Source of the DNA: a virus
Lineage: Duplodnaviria; Caudoviricetes
Reading direction: 5' to 3' (one strand)
DNA length: 64,000 nt
Virus record (IMG/VR): IMGVR_UViG_3300017951_000001
Location: 1-64,000 of that record
Under the pieces are notes generated by a model that saw only the letters and a program-made list of their open reading frames with translations, searched no databases and had not been told where the DNA came from. Each line of letters starts with the position of its first letter. Position 1 is the first letter of the stretch. This document shows positions 26,481 through 35,750 of the stretch, piece after piece. The translations under genes were made by a program, and so were the position numbers.

Positions 26481-26571
26481 TTTGGCTCCGTGGTTGTCGC
26501 GGGGGATCGCCCCCGCCCATTCTGGGTAACCCGCCAGCGTGTTGTTTGCAACACCTTGGCGGGTTGGGGGT

Positions 26572-27684
26572 TCACCCGAACATGAGGCGAATGGTACGAT
26601 CCGCCTCAACGATCAAATTGTCGACCACCGCCGCCGCCTGCGATGTTTCGGTGCAAACCGGCAGGTTAGCCAGTTCATCAAGCGTTGTGACCAATTGCTT
26701 CTTGAGCGCAGCAAGCTGCCCGACGTTGTCGACGGACCAGCGTTGACCAGTGATTTTCGCACCGATTTCGAGGGCCGCGTCTTCGAGTGCTTGCGCCTTC
26801 GCCGCGTGGGGGTTGATCGCCCGCGTGACGATAGCCGCCACCACGGGCTCCTCGGCGGGAGCGTTCCACCAACAATATTTCAGAACCCACAGGTGGTTGG
26901 GGTTGGCGACCGTATCGCCCACCATTGCGGCTGCGGCTGCGATCAATTTGGTGGCGACCACCAGCCGACGGTCGGAAACCTTGATTTTTTCTCGGGCGAG
27001 CAGGTTTCGGATTTGAACCAAATTGTTAAACACAGGTTGGAGGTCAACGGCGCTCGCCGCCGATCGAAGCTGTTCGATCGTGGTTCGGAGGTCAACCGGC
27101 CCGGTATGGGTGATCGCTGACCCGCGCGTTGTGACGCAATTCAACAGCGCCAGCAAATCCGTGGTCCGCGATAGCGGTGCGACGGTGCGACGAATCGCGA
27201 AGCGGTCCCACACCGCCCGCTGCGGCCCGTCGGGGTCAGGCAATTCGTTTGACGCAGCGACGACCATTTCGATGGGCAGGTCGACGGTGCCGTCGGAACC
27301 ATTGCTGAACGCGCGTTCCTCCAGCAAACCGAGAAGCGAATCCAAAATGCTCCCCGACGCCTTGAAAATTTCGTCGATGAACAGGATTTCCGAATTGGCA
27401 GGCGACACCTGCCAGTTCCGAATCATCAAATCTTGTTTCAACGCGGTCAGCGAAAGCGGCCCGAACACCTCCTCCATCGTAGAGAATTTGGTCAATTGGG
27501 TCCGCTTGTAGCGATACCCGGAAGCCGTCGCGAACGTTTCGGTGAGGTTGGATTTTCCCGTCCCCGGATCACCCCAGAATAGGGTGTTTTGGCGAGCGAT
27601 GAGGCCCAGCAAAAGGAGTCGAATTTCCGTTTCCCGGTTAACGAACCGGGAATTCAAGTAGTCGGTGAAAGGTTGTAGCGACAT
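26572..27684 (-). CDS. MoxR-family AAA+ ATPase, RavA-like
   Basis: FVNRE...GDPGTGKS (Walker A), LFIDEIFKA (Walker B), AASNELP, WDRF; start ATG 27684 after the leader. Confidence 0.88.
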   Translation of the reverse strand: MSLQPFTDYLNSRFVNRETEIRLLLLGLIARQNTLFWGDPGTGKSNLTETFATASGYRYKRTQLTKFSTMEEVFGPLSLTALKQDLMIRNWQVSPANSEILFIDEIFKASGSILDSLLGLLEERAFSNGSDGTVDLPIEMVVAASNELPDPDGPQRAVWDRFAIRRTVAPLSRTTDLLALLNCVTTRGSAITHTGPVDLRTTIEQLRSAASAVDLQPVFNNLVQIRNLLAREKIKVSDRRLVVATKLIAAAAAMVGDTVANPNHLWVLKYCWWNAPAEEPVVAAIVTRAINPHAAKAQALEDAALEIGAKITGQRWSVDNVGQLAALKKQLVTTLDELANLPVCTETSQAAAVVDNLIVEADRTIRLMFG

Positions 27685-27905
27685 TGTGTTGGCTCCGTGG
27701 TTGTTACCGGACTGAATGCCCGGCACATTTCTTGTATCTACGGATCCCGGCTGTGCCAACAACTATTTGGTAATTCCGCGAAGATCGATCGATACCCCGG
27801 ACACGGGCAACGAGGTTGCGTATCGCCCGCATCAGGGGTTCTGATGGTTCGCCCGCATCTGACCCCGCGCAACCCGCAGGTAACGCAGAAACGGTTTCTC
27901 GAAAC

Positions 27906-28247
27906 CTATTCGGACGGGTCCGTATCGACTCGGTTTAACGAATCTGTAGTCGAAAACCCTTCCGGGTATCGCCTCTGCAATTTGGTGATATTCCTTGTTG
28001 CTACTGCCTCCATGTTGATTTGGTATTCATCACAAAGGCTAGCAACATACCAAAGCACATCACCCAATTCCAAAACCAACTTGTTCCTGTCGATCGGGTG
28101 ATTGTGACCTACAACTTTCTTTAAGTAATCAGCAACTTCGCCTGCTTCGCCGACCAACCCAAGTGCATTTACGGCAATGCTTAACTGGTCATTTAACTTT
28201 GAATTCTTTGTTCTGATTGCAAGTTGTTGGTATTCATCGAAAGTCAT
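27906..28247 (-). CDS. MazG-like nucleotide pyrophosphohydrolase
   Basis: FDEYQ...LGLVGEAGEVADYLKK...ELGDVLWYVA...NITKLQRRYPEGF. Confidence 0.88.
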   Translation of the reverse strand: MTFDEYQQLAIRTKNSKLNDQLSIAVNALGLVGEAGEVADYLKKVVGHNHPIDRNKLVLELGDVLWYVASLCDEYQINMEAVATRNITKLQRRYPEGFSTTDSLNRVDTDPSE

Positions 28248-28320
28248 TTCAGATCCGAGTTTAAGGTTAAAACTTAAAAATCCCCCGTTCCCCGAAGGGA
28301 ACAGGGGATCCCCGTGGGAA

Positions 28321-29388
28321 TTATTCCACGGGAGCGATTCGCACGCCGCCACCATCAAGCGGGGTAGCGATGAAGCCGTCGAACGGTTGTGCGTTGATGT
28401 AGTCCGCGTTGCGAAGGTGGAATGGAACCTTGGCACGTACCAAGTCCAGCACCCCGAAGTCCGTCACCGTATCGATTTCAGCGAGGAGCGCATCCCACGG
28501 AGACGTTTCGACCTTGGCGGTGGTCGTAGTCGTGTCCGCGAGGATAGCCATGGCGTCGTCGCGCAACGCATCCGACACCGAGCCGAAATCGCTGATTTCG
28601 GACAACAGCTTGTCGGAGTAGAGCGAAATCACGTCCCGAAGGGATGCGATGTCGTCAATCACGTTTTGAACGGCCCTGGCACCCGGCGACCGCTTCCGGT
28701 CAGGGGAGCGCAATTCCCGGATCCGTTCCCGAACGGCAGCGAGCTTTTCGTTGACGTGACGTTGTAGCGCGGAACCCGCGACCGCTGCGGCCGCATCGCT
28801 ATCCTGCGGGATAGCGTGGAATTCGGAGTCACCGAGCGCCGACACGAGCGTAGCCACCATCGGATCGATGGTTCCGGGTACGTAGTGGAGCGATCCGTGC
28901 GATTGCAACCGCACAGCGCCCAGGTCGTTGAGCCGGTCAACGATGATAGGGCGAAACACGCGCCCGTCAACCAAGGTCATCAGTCCATGCGCCTTGGCAT
29001 GGAACGCCTCACCGACAGGGCCGCCGAACGTTTTGATCCAGTGGTTGTCGCGCCAATCGGCGCAACCGTCGAAGGGGGCGGAGGGGTCGAAAACAGCGGT
29101 GTCGATTTGCACCCAACCAGCGATCCGGTTGTTCACATCGATTTCGGCTCGAAGAAGCCCGACGACGATTTCGTTGTCGTCAGCGAAAATCAATTCGGTC
29201 TTGAACCGTTCGCCGTTGGAGCGTTTCGTGAACGAGCGCGCGATGCGCTTCAATTCCGTAACGTGATTGAGCTTGACCCGACGGGACGAGCCCAAACCGG
29301 CGAGCGCAGCGTTGATGTCATCGGGTCGTGCGGCACCAGCGATGGAGTACCACACAAATGAGCCGTGGACGGAGGAGATAGCGGACAT
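28321..29388 (-). CDS. Conserved hypothetical protein (DUF6744/DUF3150-like by context)
   Basis: 355 aa, GSFVWYSI N-terminus, helical C-terminus; sits upstream of the AAA-VWA pair with the same leader motif; family name is a guess. Confidence 0.45.
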   Translation of the reverse strand: MSAISSVHGSFVWYSIAGAARPDDINAALAGLGSSRRVKLNHVTELKRIARSFTKRSNGERFKTELIFADDNEIVVGLLRAEIDVNNRIAGWVQIDTAVFDPSAPFDGCADWRDNHWIKTFGGPVGEAFHAKAHGLMTLVDGRVFRPIIVDRLNDLGAVRLQSHGSLHYVPGTIDPMVATLVSALGDSEFHAIPQDSDAAAAVAGSALQRHVNEKLAAVRERIRELRSPDRKRSPGARAVQNVIDDIASLRDVISLYSDKLLSEISDFGSVSDALRDDAMAILADTTTTTAKVETSPWDALLAEIDTVTDFGVLDLVRAKVPFHLRNADYINAQPFDGFIATPLDGGGVRIAPVE

Positions 29389-29510
29389 GTTGTTGCTCCG
29401 GGGTTGTTGGTGCGACGGGGGATCCGCCGCACATACAACGTTTCTCGTTACAATTTGCTACGCAAACAGAAAACGAAAAAAAATGAGACGGCGCGATAAT
29501 GCGGGTTCTT

Positions 29511-30137
29511 TCACGAATAGAAAGAACCGAGCATTGCTTTTAAGACGGACTGCGCGGAGGTTGAGTTAACCTTGATCTGGTACTCGCGAACCTTTTTCTG
29601 CCATGCTTCATACTGCTGTTGATTTACTTCGAACTTCAAGTCCCCAATACGGAACTTGTGAACTTTGGATTGTTCCGTCTCGCTTACCTCACCGTTCGAC
29701 GCGTGTCGTTCTTCTTCTTCCAGATCTTGGTCTGAACTTGCGTCTTCGAGGCCCGAATATGAAAGCCAATTTTCATCAAGCCCTGTGAATGGAACCAATT
29801 CGCTGTCCATGGTCTCGATATATTCGGAAAGTTCTTCGAAATTCCACTCGCCGTCGTGGTTGTTGTCTCGCATAGCCACGGTGACTGCTTCTGCACGAGA
29901 ACCTTGGAACCAGACCACTGGAACTTCTTCCACGCCCATGCCGAGCAGAACTTTCAACCTTTGGTTCCCGCCTATGACGACGTTCTTTCCCTCGTCGTCT
30001 CGCCAAACGAGCAAAGGCTTGTAAAGGCCGAATCGACTCAATGATTCAGCTAACTTGTCCAAGTCTTCGGGCTCGATGAAACGCGGATTCTCGTCGAATG
30101 GAACTAAACTTGAAATACTGACTTTTCCGGATTTCAT
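29511..30137 (-). CDS. ParB/Srx N-terminal domain protein 2
   Basis: LVPFDENPR...SLSRFGLYKPLLV...VIGGNQRLKVL...RDNNHDGEW. Confidence 0.85.
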   Translation of the reverse strand: MKSGKVSISSLVPFDENPRFIEPEDLDKLAESLSRFGLYKPLLVWRDDEGKNVVIGGNQRLKVLLGMGVEEVPVVWFQGSRAEAVTVAMRDNNHDGEWNFEELSEYIETMDSELVPFTGLDENWLSYSGLEDASSDQDLEEEERHASNGEVSETEQSKVHKFRIGDLKFEVNQQQYEAWQKKVREYQIKVNSTSAQSVLKAMLGSFYS

Positions 30138-30796
30138 TGAATTCCCTCGATGATGTACTCAAACTCTGCGCCTTCCGGAGCTTCATTCCAGATCGAGACC
30201 CATCGATCGTAAAGGTGTTTGTCAACCAACCCGCTCAACTTGCCGAGCCGAGCCTTGACAAAGCCATCCACCGGACTCGCGTTGGACTCTGTTTCTTGGC
30301 TTTGCCTTGAAGAATCAAACTCGGAATCTTCGTCGAAGGCGTTCAAGTAATCTTCCAGTTCTTCGGACTTCAAAGCCAACGATGTCAGGTCTTCGACAGT
30401 GTCTTTATTAAAGCCAGAAAGCAGCGGATCAATGCCGCATTCAAACAATCCTTCAAGCAACGCACTTACTTTGTCCCAGTCCCATTGGCCTTCATTTTGA
30501 TTGTCTCGGATAACGATTGCTTTGGCTTCGTCGATTGTTCCTTTGAACTCCACCACTGGAATCGAAACCCTCGATGCTAAACCGGCCTTGGTAAGTTCGT
30601 TGTAAGCTGCGTACCTTTGGTTCCCGGCTACGATTCTCCAAGGTAAGTGGTTGTGTTCTCGCCAAACTACAAGCGGAGCGAAGAACCCAAACTCAAGCAA
30701 ACTTTTCTTGAGCGAATCCATGCCTTCGTCTGAAATCTCCCTTGGATTGTCTTGGAAAGGAAGAAGTTCAGAAATGTTTACCTCAAAGACTTCCAT
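30134..30796 (-). CDS. ParB/Srx N-terminal domain protein 3
   Basis: LLPFQDNPR...SLLEFGFFAPLVV...IVAGNQRYAA...RDNQNEGQWD. Confidence 0.85.
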   Translation of the reverse strand: MEVFEVNISELLPFQDNPREISDEGMDSLKKSLLEFGFFAPLVVWREHNHLPWRIVAGNQRYAAYNELTKAGLASRVSIPVVEFKGTIDEAKAIVIRDNQNEGQWDWDKVSALLEGLFECGIDPLLSGFNKDTVEDLTSLALKSEELEDYLNAFDEDSEFDSSRQSQETESNASPVDGFVKARLGKLSGLVDKHLYDRWVSIWNEAPEGAEFEYIIEGIQ

Positions 30797-31070
30797 AAAC
30801 AACTCCGAAGGCAATGATGAAAATCCCGGTGAGCAATGCAGTGTTCGCAATCAAACTCAAGGCAATTAGTTGATCAAGCCTGGATAGTTTTTCTGGCTTC
30901 GGTTCGGAAAAAACCAAAGCCAATTGTACTTTTCCTTGGAACTCGACAGCCAAAGGAGCGAGTAACGTTCTGCCTTCGGACAACGCTTGCTTGAGTTCCA
31001 AGTTGAATCTGACTTCTTTGTCCAAGTTATCGAGGTCCAACCGGACAATCTGCGGGGTAGGTTCAGCCAT
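30783..31070 (-). CDS. Small membrane protein
   Basis: C-terminal hydrophobic segment. Confidence 0.55.
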   Translation of the reverse strand: MAEPTPQIVRLDLDNLDKEVRFNLELKQALSEGRTLLAPLAVEFQGKVQLALVFSEPKPEKLSRLDQLIALSLIANTALLTGIFIIAFGVVYGSL

Positions 31071-31072
31071 TT

Positions 31073-31363
31073 TTATCTCCGGTCGATGAACGAGGAACTC
31101 AAGACTTTGTAATCACCTCGTTCGATAATCCTAAAACAACCCTCGAAAAGCACCACGATACCCTTCACTCGGCGTCGTTTCATAGCCCTTCGGATGCCTT
31201 CATCCCAAGCTTTTTCGGGTATTGCCTGGAACACTGAACCCGCAGGAATTCGAACCTGGGACTCCGGCTCGGAGGGTCCAACGTGAGCACCTCGGTGGTA
31301 GGTTAGGTCTTTCAAAATCAAGAATTTCGAAGCCCTATTCACAATCAAATTTCCTCGGTTCAA
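31073..31363 (-). CDS. Hypothetical protein
   Basis: 96 aa in minus-strand operon. Confidence 0.5.
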   Translation of the reverse strand: MNRGNLIVNRASKFLILKDLTYHRGAHVGPSEPESQVRIPAGSVFQAIPEKAWDEGIRRAMKRRRVKGIVVLFEGCFRIIERGDYKVLSSSFIDRR

Positions 31364-31747
31364 GCTTGGGCAGTAAATTTCCCGGGAAACTCAAGTCAAC
31401 GCTTTGCGAAAGTGGGAGTTGGAATTCCCGGGTTAGCGCTATCAACTTGCAGTTTCCCGAAAATTGGGACTCGGTTTTCGACTTTCCGTTGGCAAGCCAA
31501 AACGAACTGGCAATCAACGATAAAACAAGAAGCGTGTAATTTCAACCGGAAAACGGATCAGTTTTTTCATTGGCTTGTACTTCGAGTTCGAACAGAGATC
31601 AAACAACAATTGCGCTTTCAAAGCGAGTTAAACCCAAGTTTATTCAGCCAAAATACGAGTATTGATCAATGAATTCACTCGCGTCAATGGGCTTTGATTA
31701 GTGTTAATCCATCGGCATCGATGCAATGCCGGGTTGAGTAAAAATTC

Positions 31748-32050
31748 CTAAATAATGGAACCACAAGCTGCACAATTGCCGAGTTCCACCATTGCTTCAT
31801 GGTTCGGTTCTCCGCATGTAGGGCACGACCCTTCGGGTTTGACTTCGCAGGGTACAAAACACAGAGCGACATTCACACCATATTGGCCTTCATGGCCGAT
31901 TGTCTTAACACAGGTTCTGTATAAATATCCGCCTTCAACCTTCATTTTATAGGTGCGGGCGTTTGGGTGGCCGGATTCTACATACTGGTGTGCCTTCCCG
32001 TTTTGTTCGATTTTCACGGATTGTTCTTCATCCACGATTATCCACTTCAT
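31748..32050 (-). CDS. Hypothetical protein with C-terminal zinc ribbon
   Basis: CPTCG...CAACG. Confidence 0.55.
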   Translation of the reverse strand: MKWIIVDEEQSVKIEQNGKAHQYVESGHPNARTYKMKVEGGYLYRTCVKTIGHEGQYGVNVALCFVPCEVKPEGSCPTCGEPNHEAMVELGNCAACGSII

Positions 32051-32090
32051 TGACTGTCCTTTTTCTGAATCAATCGGAACCGGATACGCC

Positions 32091-32250
32091 CATAGTTTCT
32101 AGGGAGTGAATGTCTAAACCCATAGTTTCTACGGTCATAGTTTCTGGATGGCCTGTTCACCAACCCATAGTTTCTAGGACCATAGTTTCTAGGACCATAG
32201 TTTCTACAACCATAGTTTCTACGGCCATAGTTTCTACGGCCATAGTTTCT
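32091..32250 (+). repeat. CATAGTTTCT array 3 (9 copies, mostly 15-bp period with variable 5-bp linkers)
   Basis: Copies at 32091, 32121, 32136, 32166, 32181, 32196, 32211, 32226, 32241. Confidence 0.92.
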
Positions 32251-32276
32251 AGTTCCCATCAAATGAAGCCGATTCA

Positions 32277-34232
32277 TTATCCAACCACGGGCGTCAAACC
32301 CAACAACGCGGAGGGTGTTTCCTCCCACGTATTACAATACACGCAAGCAAGCGGATCGAATGCCAACGTTACGCTGGACTCCGGTTGTCCGAATTCACTC
32401 CGAACCTTGTCGATGTGAATCTTTGTCGCAGGAAATCCGCGTTCGCTGTTCATGCCCATCCGTTCAACCACGATGCCAGCGTGAGCGTCTTGCTCAATTG
32501 CCGATGCTCCTTTCAAATGCCCGATTTTCACTCGGGCTTGATGATGAACATGGGTTCGGTTCGGATGGCATACCAGCAAAATTGTGATGCCTTCATTGAC
32601 ACCAATCAAAGCTAATTTTCGAACAACGTCCTCGATCGCTTGCCGTTCCCGGTCGCCAGCACCGCGCACCAGAAAACCAAGGTGATCAACCAACGCAATG
32701 CGGACGCCATAACGGCGGTTAGCGAATCGGATGCTTTCAATCACACCGTCGGCTGTCATTTCCCCGTAGTGATCCAGAATCCATAACGGAAGCGATGAAA
32801 TCCGGTCCAACGACGTTGCTCGTTGTGTTGGGCTTACCGATGTGAAATCACCACCTAGATCGGCACGCATAAGCTTTTGAACGGTTCCGATCGGGCGTTG
32901 CTCGAATGATGTGACAAGCACACCCACATCGCGATTCGCTTGTTCCCAACATAACCATGTCAAAAACGTAGTTTTCCCGTGCCCGGTGTCACCCGTAACG
33001 ACCCACAATCCCGGACGAATCCCTCCCAGAACAGCATCCAATTTCGAATTGCCAGTTGGTAACCCAATCAAACTTTGGGGATTGTTAATCAAGGTTTCGA
33101 TGTCTTGAGCCCATCGATCTGCCTTCCCAAATTTCGCAGATACCATCGGCTCGGATCGATCGAAAGCTCGCTTCATGTCATCCCAAGGCACATCCTTTTG
33201 CAGACATTCATTCGCGTCTTTGTGAGCAAACCGCGTTCGACTGCACCGGTATTTACCAAGCTTTTCGGCTAGCTTTTCGGCTCCGTCATTGCCCGCTTGG
33301 TCTGCATCGTATGCGATACTGAAGCTTCGGAAAGGTTCTAATGCATCCAACCATTCATCGGGCCAATTCGCTGCTGCCCCTTTCGTTCCAGAAACCACAT
33401 TCGTAGTCACCCCGTACGAATGCAACGCCATCACATCAAATTCGCCTTCGGTGATAATGACGGGTTCGTTGAAATCGACAAGGTTTTGAGAACCAAACAA
33501 CGGAAGCGGACGACCAGCACAAACCCGGAATGATTTCTTCACGGCACCGTCTTTACACGAGCCACAACCGTTGCCTTCGCATCGGAGGCATTGCCCATCG
33601 ACAGACCGGAAGCGGAAAGAGACCAATTTGTTCTGTGTGTCAAACAGCGGGATTGAAACCCACCGTTCAATCACTTTGCCATTCGACCGAATCAGCAAAG
33701 CCCCAAGCTGAAAGTGGTCGATGGTATCCCAAGACAATTTCCGGACGCGATGCAGATACTCCTGCACCGGCATCCCATCGTCTGACGCCAATGCCTCGCG
33801 CGTGTCCGTTAACAACGTTTCTGACCACGCGAACGGTCCACCCGCCCCGGAATCCCCCGGGGACCGTTCGGGCCGTTTCTCGTGTCCGTTAGGCACGTCA
33901 GAAACGTGTATTACATTGGGTCGTTTGTCGCCGATCATCCCGGCCCGCGTGAACCAATGCTTGACCATTTTGTGTTGGTCGTCATTAGCGTCTTGAAGCC
34001 TGCAACCGATGATTTTGTACGAAACGAAATCGACGCTGTCACCCGTAGCATTGCAGGACCAACATTTGAAGCCTTTTTGATTTGTCGTGACCCCAACAGG
34101 TCCGCGAGGGTCGGATCGACTGCGATGTTCGGCGTTGCAATTGGGGCACCCCAATGTCCTCATTCGGAATTTCGGGATACCCAACATATTAGCAACAGCG
34201 GGAATCGTTGTCTTTACATCATTAATCCACAT
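32277..34232 (-). CDS. Primase-helicase (Zn finger + TOPRIM + DnaB/RecA-type helicase; T7 gp4/Twinkle-like)
   Basis: CPNC/CWSC, IITEGEFDVMAL, IAYDADQAG, VTGDTGHGKTTF, LVDHLG, LKGASAIEQDA. Confidence 0.9.
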   Translation of the reverse strand: MWINDVKTTIPAVANMLGIPKFRMRTLGCPNCNAEHRSRSDPRGPVGVTTNQKGFKCWSCNATGDSVDFVSYKIIGCRLQDANDDQHKMVKHWFTRAGMIGDKRPNVIHVSDVPNGHEKRPERSPGDSGAGGPFAWSETLLTDTREALASDDGMPVQEYLHRVRKLSWDTIDHFQLGALLIRSNGKVIERWVSIPLFDTQNKLVSFRFRSVDGQCLRCEGNGCGSCKDGAVKKSFRVCAGRPLPLFGSQNLVDFNEPVIITEGEFDVMALHSYGVTTNVVSGTKGAAANWPDEWLDALEPFRSFSIAYDADQAGNDGAEKLAEKLGKYRCSRTRFAHKDANECLQKDVPWDDMKRAFDRSEPMVSAKFGKADRWAQDIETLINNPQSLIGLPTGNSKLDAVLGGIRPGLWVVTGDTGHGKTTFLTWLCWEQANRDVGVLVTSFEQRPIGTVQKLMRADLGGDFTSVSPTQRATSLDRISSLPLWILDHYGEMTADGVIESIRFANRRYGVRIALVDHLGFLVRGAGDRERQAIEDVVRKLALIGVNEGITILLVCHPNRTHVHHQARVKIGHLKGASAIEQDAHAGIVVERMGMNSERGFPATKIHIDKVRSEFGQPESSVTLAFDPLACVYCNTWEETPSALLGLTPVVG

Positions 34233-34596
34233 TCGAACCTCCCCGGATCAATCGGAAAGGACCGAGGTTGTCTTCGGGGGCTGGGTTCGAATGCGCTTCT
34301 TGCTTGTCCAAATGCCAATTCCAAGCATTTTCAATCCGAGGAGCAAGCTTTGTCGCACGGAGCAAGCTTTCAAGCGTCAAATACGTTTTCCGATCTGGAT
34401 TTTCCCCGCGCCACCAACGAGGGCCGGGATCCGTCGATCCCCAAGCATATTCGAAAAGTACCCGGAAATCCTCGGGTTTATACCCTTCATCAAGCCTGGA
34501 TTTGATCAGAGCTTTTCTCGCTTTCGTGAGCCTACAAAGGTGTGGTCGTTTTTGCTTTTGTTTCCAGAATTCAAATACTTCTTGTACTTCGGTCAT
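34222..34596 (-). CDS. Stand-alone phage replication-initiator C-terminal-like domain
   Basis: EVFEFW...RKALIKSRLDEGY...W.G...YLTLESLLR resembles the conserved phage C-terminal domain of replisome organisers. Confidence 0.55.
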   Translation of the reverse strand: MTEVQEVFEFWKQKQKRPHLCRLTKARKALIKSRLDEGYKPEDFRVLFEYAWGSTDPGPRWWRGENPDRKTYLTLESLLRATKLAPRIENAWNWHLDKQEAHSNPAPEDNLGPFRLIRGGSNVD

Positions 34597-34623
34597 GTCT
34601 CACTGCGTGGTTTGTGGTCATTT

Positions 34624-35094
34624 TTAGGTTTCGCGGTTCACATCAACGAGCCCAATCCATGCATCAGCCAACAATGTGATGAGGCTTGAGCCAAATTCAT
34701 CGAATTCTTGGAATCCATCCAATTCAATCTCGTCACGAACGAGCAATTGAGCAAAAACAGAGTAGAAAATAAAGTCATTGGCGCGGATAGTAATCCGCCA
34801 AGGGTTCCGATCAGCCCGCCACAATACAACGGGAACCTTGTTCCGAGACCGCGCGTCAGACGATGCTTGCAACATTGCCGCATTCAAGTCAACCCGTGAC
34901 GCGATTCTTTTTACCTCAAAATGGAATTTGTTCCAGAAACATTGCTCGTTCGCGGGTTCAATATCTGGTGATTCTTTCCCGCCCCGGCGAGTTTGTGGAA
35001 GTCCTCGGACCCATTGAAAACCCGTATGTTCTGTGAGAAATGCAGCCGCTTCACGTTCGCCGCGTGAGCCTTTGTCTCGCGATTTCTTCGACAT
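34624..35094 (-). CDS. Holliday junction resolvase-like PD-(D/E)XK nuclease
   Basis: MSKKSRDKGSRGERE...PDI...FEVKR...PVVLWR. Confidence 0.75.
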   Translation of the reverse strand: MSKKSRDKGSRGEREAAAFLTEHTGFQWVRGLPQTRRGGKESPDIEPANEQCFWNKFHFEVKRIASRVDLNAAMLQASSDARSRNKVPVVLWRADRNPWRITIRANDFIFYSVFAQLLVRDEIELDGFQEFDEFGSSLITLLADAWIGLVDVNRET

Positions 35095-35150
35095 GTGACA
35101 CCACTTTGAAAGGAGAGGGTGAATATACCACCCCCTCCGAACAACCATTT

Positions 35151-35747
35151 TTAGAATGGAATGTCATCGTCGCTGCGCCGCGAACCACCTCGACCACCCG
35201 TCGGAACCGAAGACCCCGACGAAGCCGAGTATCCGCGATCAGGCGAAGACTTCTTCGAAAGGTAGTTGGTGTACCGTTCTTCGGCTGCATCAATCAAAGC
35301 CCGATCAGACGGGTTGAAATTCACGCAGTTGGATACCGAATCAATCGGATAACGGGCCGCATCGACTCGCTCGAAACGGCCGACTGTGCGAATGTTGGTG
35401 TAGCCGTTCCGCTCCTCGTGGCGGATTGCCATCCGGACGGGACCAGTCAACAGAACCCGATCGAAGTCAGAACGGGGATCGAATGCGTTCTGGAACCGAA
35501 TCGCCCAAGCGAAATTTTGGATTACCCACATCGCCCGGTCAGTAAGCCAAAACGTCAGGTCGAACGTAGAACCCCGGTGTTGGACACCGCCATCGGCGGA
35601 TTCGAGAGCGACAAAGCGAACATTGATCACGTCCTTGTCGCCGGCTTTCCGGTATTCACAACCGACCGGCTGCGCGATGTACTCGCCCTCGGGTGTAGTT
35701 CCCGATTTCACAGCATCTGGATTGTACTCGTTTGGATTGATAATCAT
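35151..35747 (-). CDS. Single-stranded DNA-binding protein (DUF669-like)
   Basis: PEGEY...OB-type pattern, Gly/Ser tail ending DDDIPF. Confidence 0.75.
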   Translation of the reverse strand: MIINPNEYNPDAVKSGTTPEGEYIAQPVGCEYRKAGDKDVINVRFVALESADGGVQHRGSTFDLTFWLTDRAMWVIQNFAWAIRFQNAFDPRSDFDRVLLTGPVRMAIRHEERNGYTNIRTVGRFERVDAARYPIDSVSNCVNFNPSDRALIDAAEERYTNYLSKKSSPDRGYSASSGSSVPTGGRGGSRRSDDDIPF

Positions 35748-35750
35748 TTT

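Noticed and set aside
25329-27762. ORF-track starts at 26609 and 27762 for the VWA and AAA genes
   Set aside because: They would overlap hairpins or the neighbouring gene; the shared GGAGC leader points to ATG 26480 and 27684
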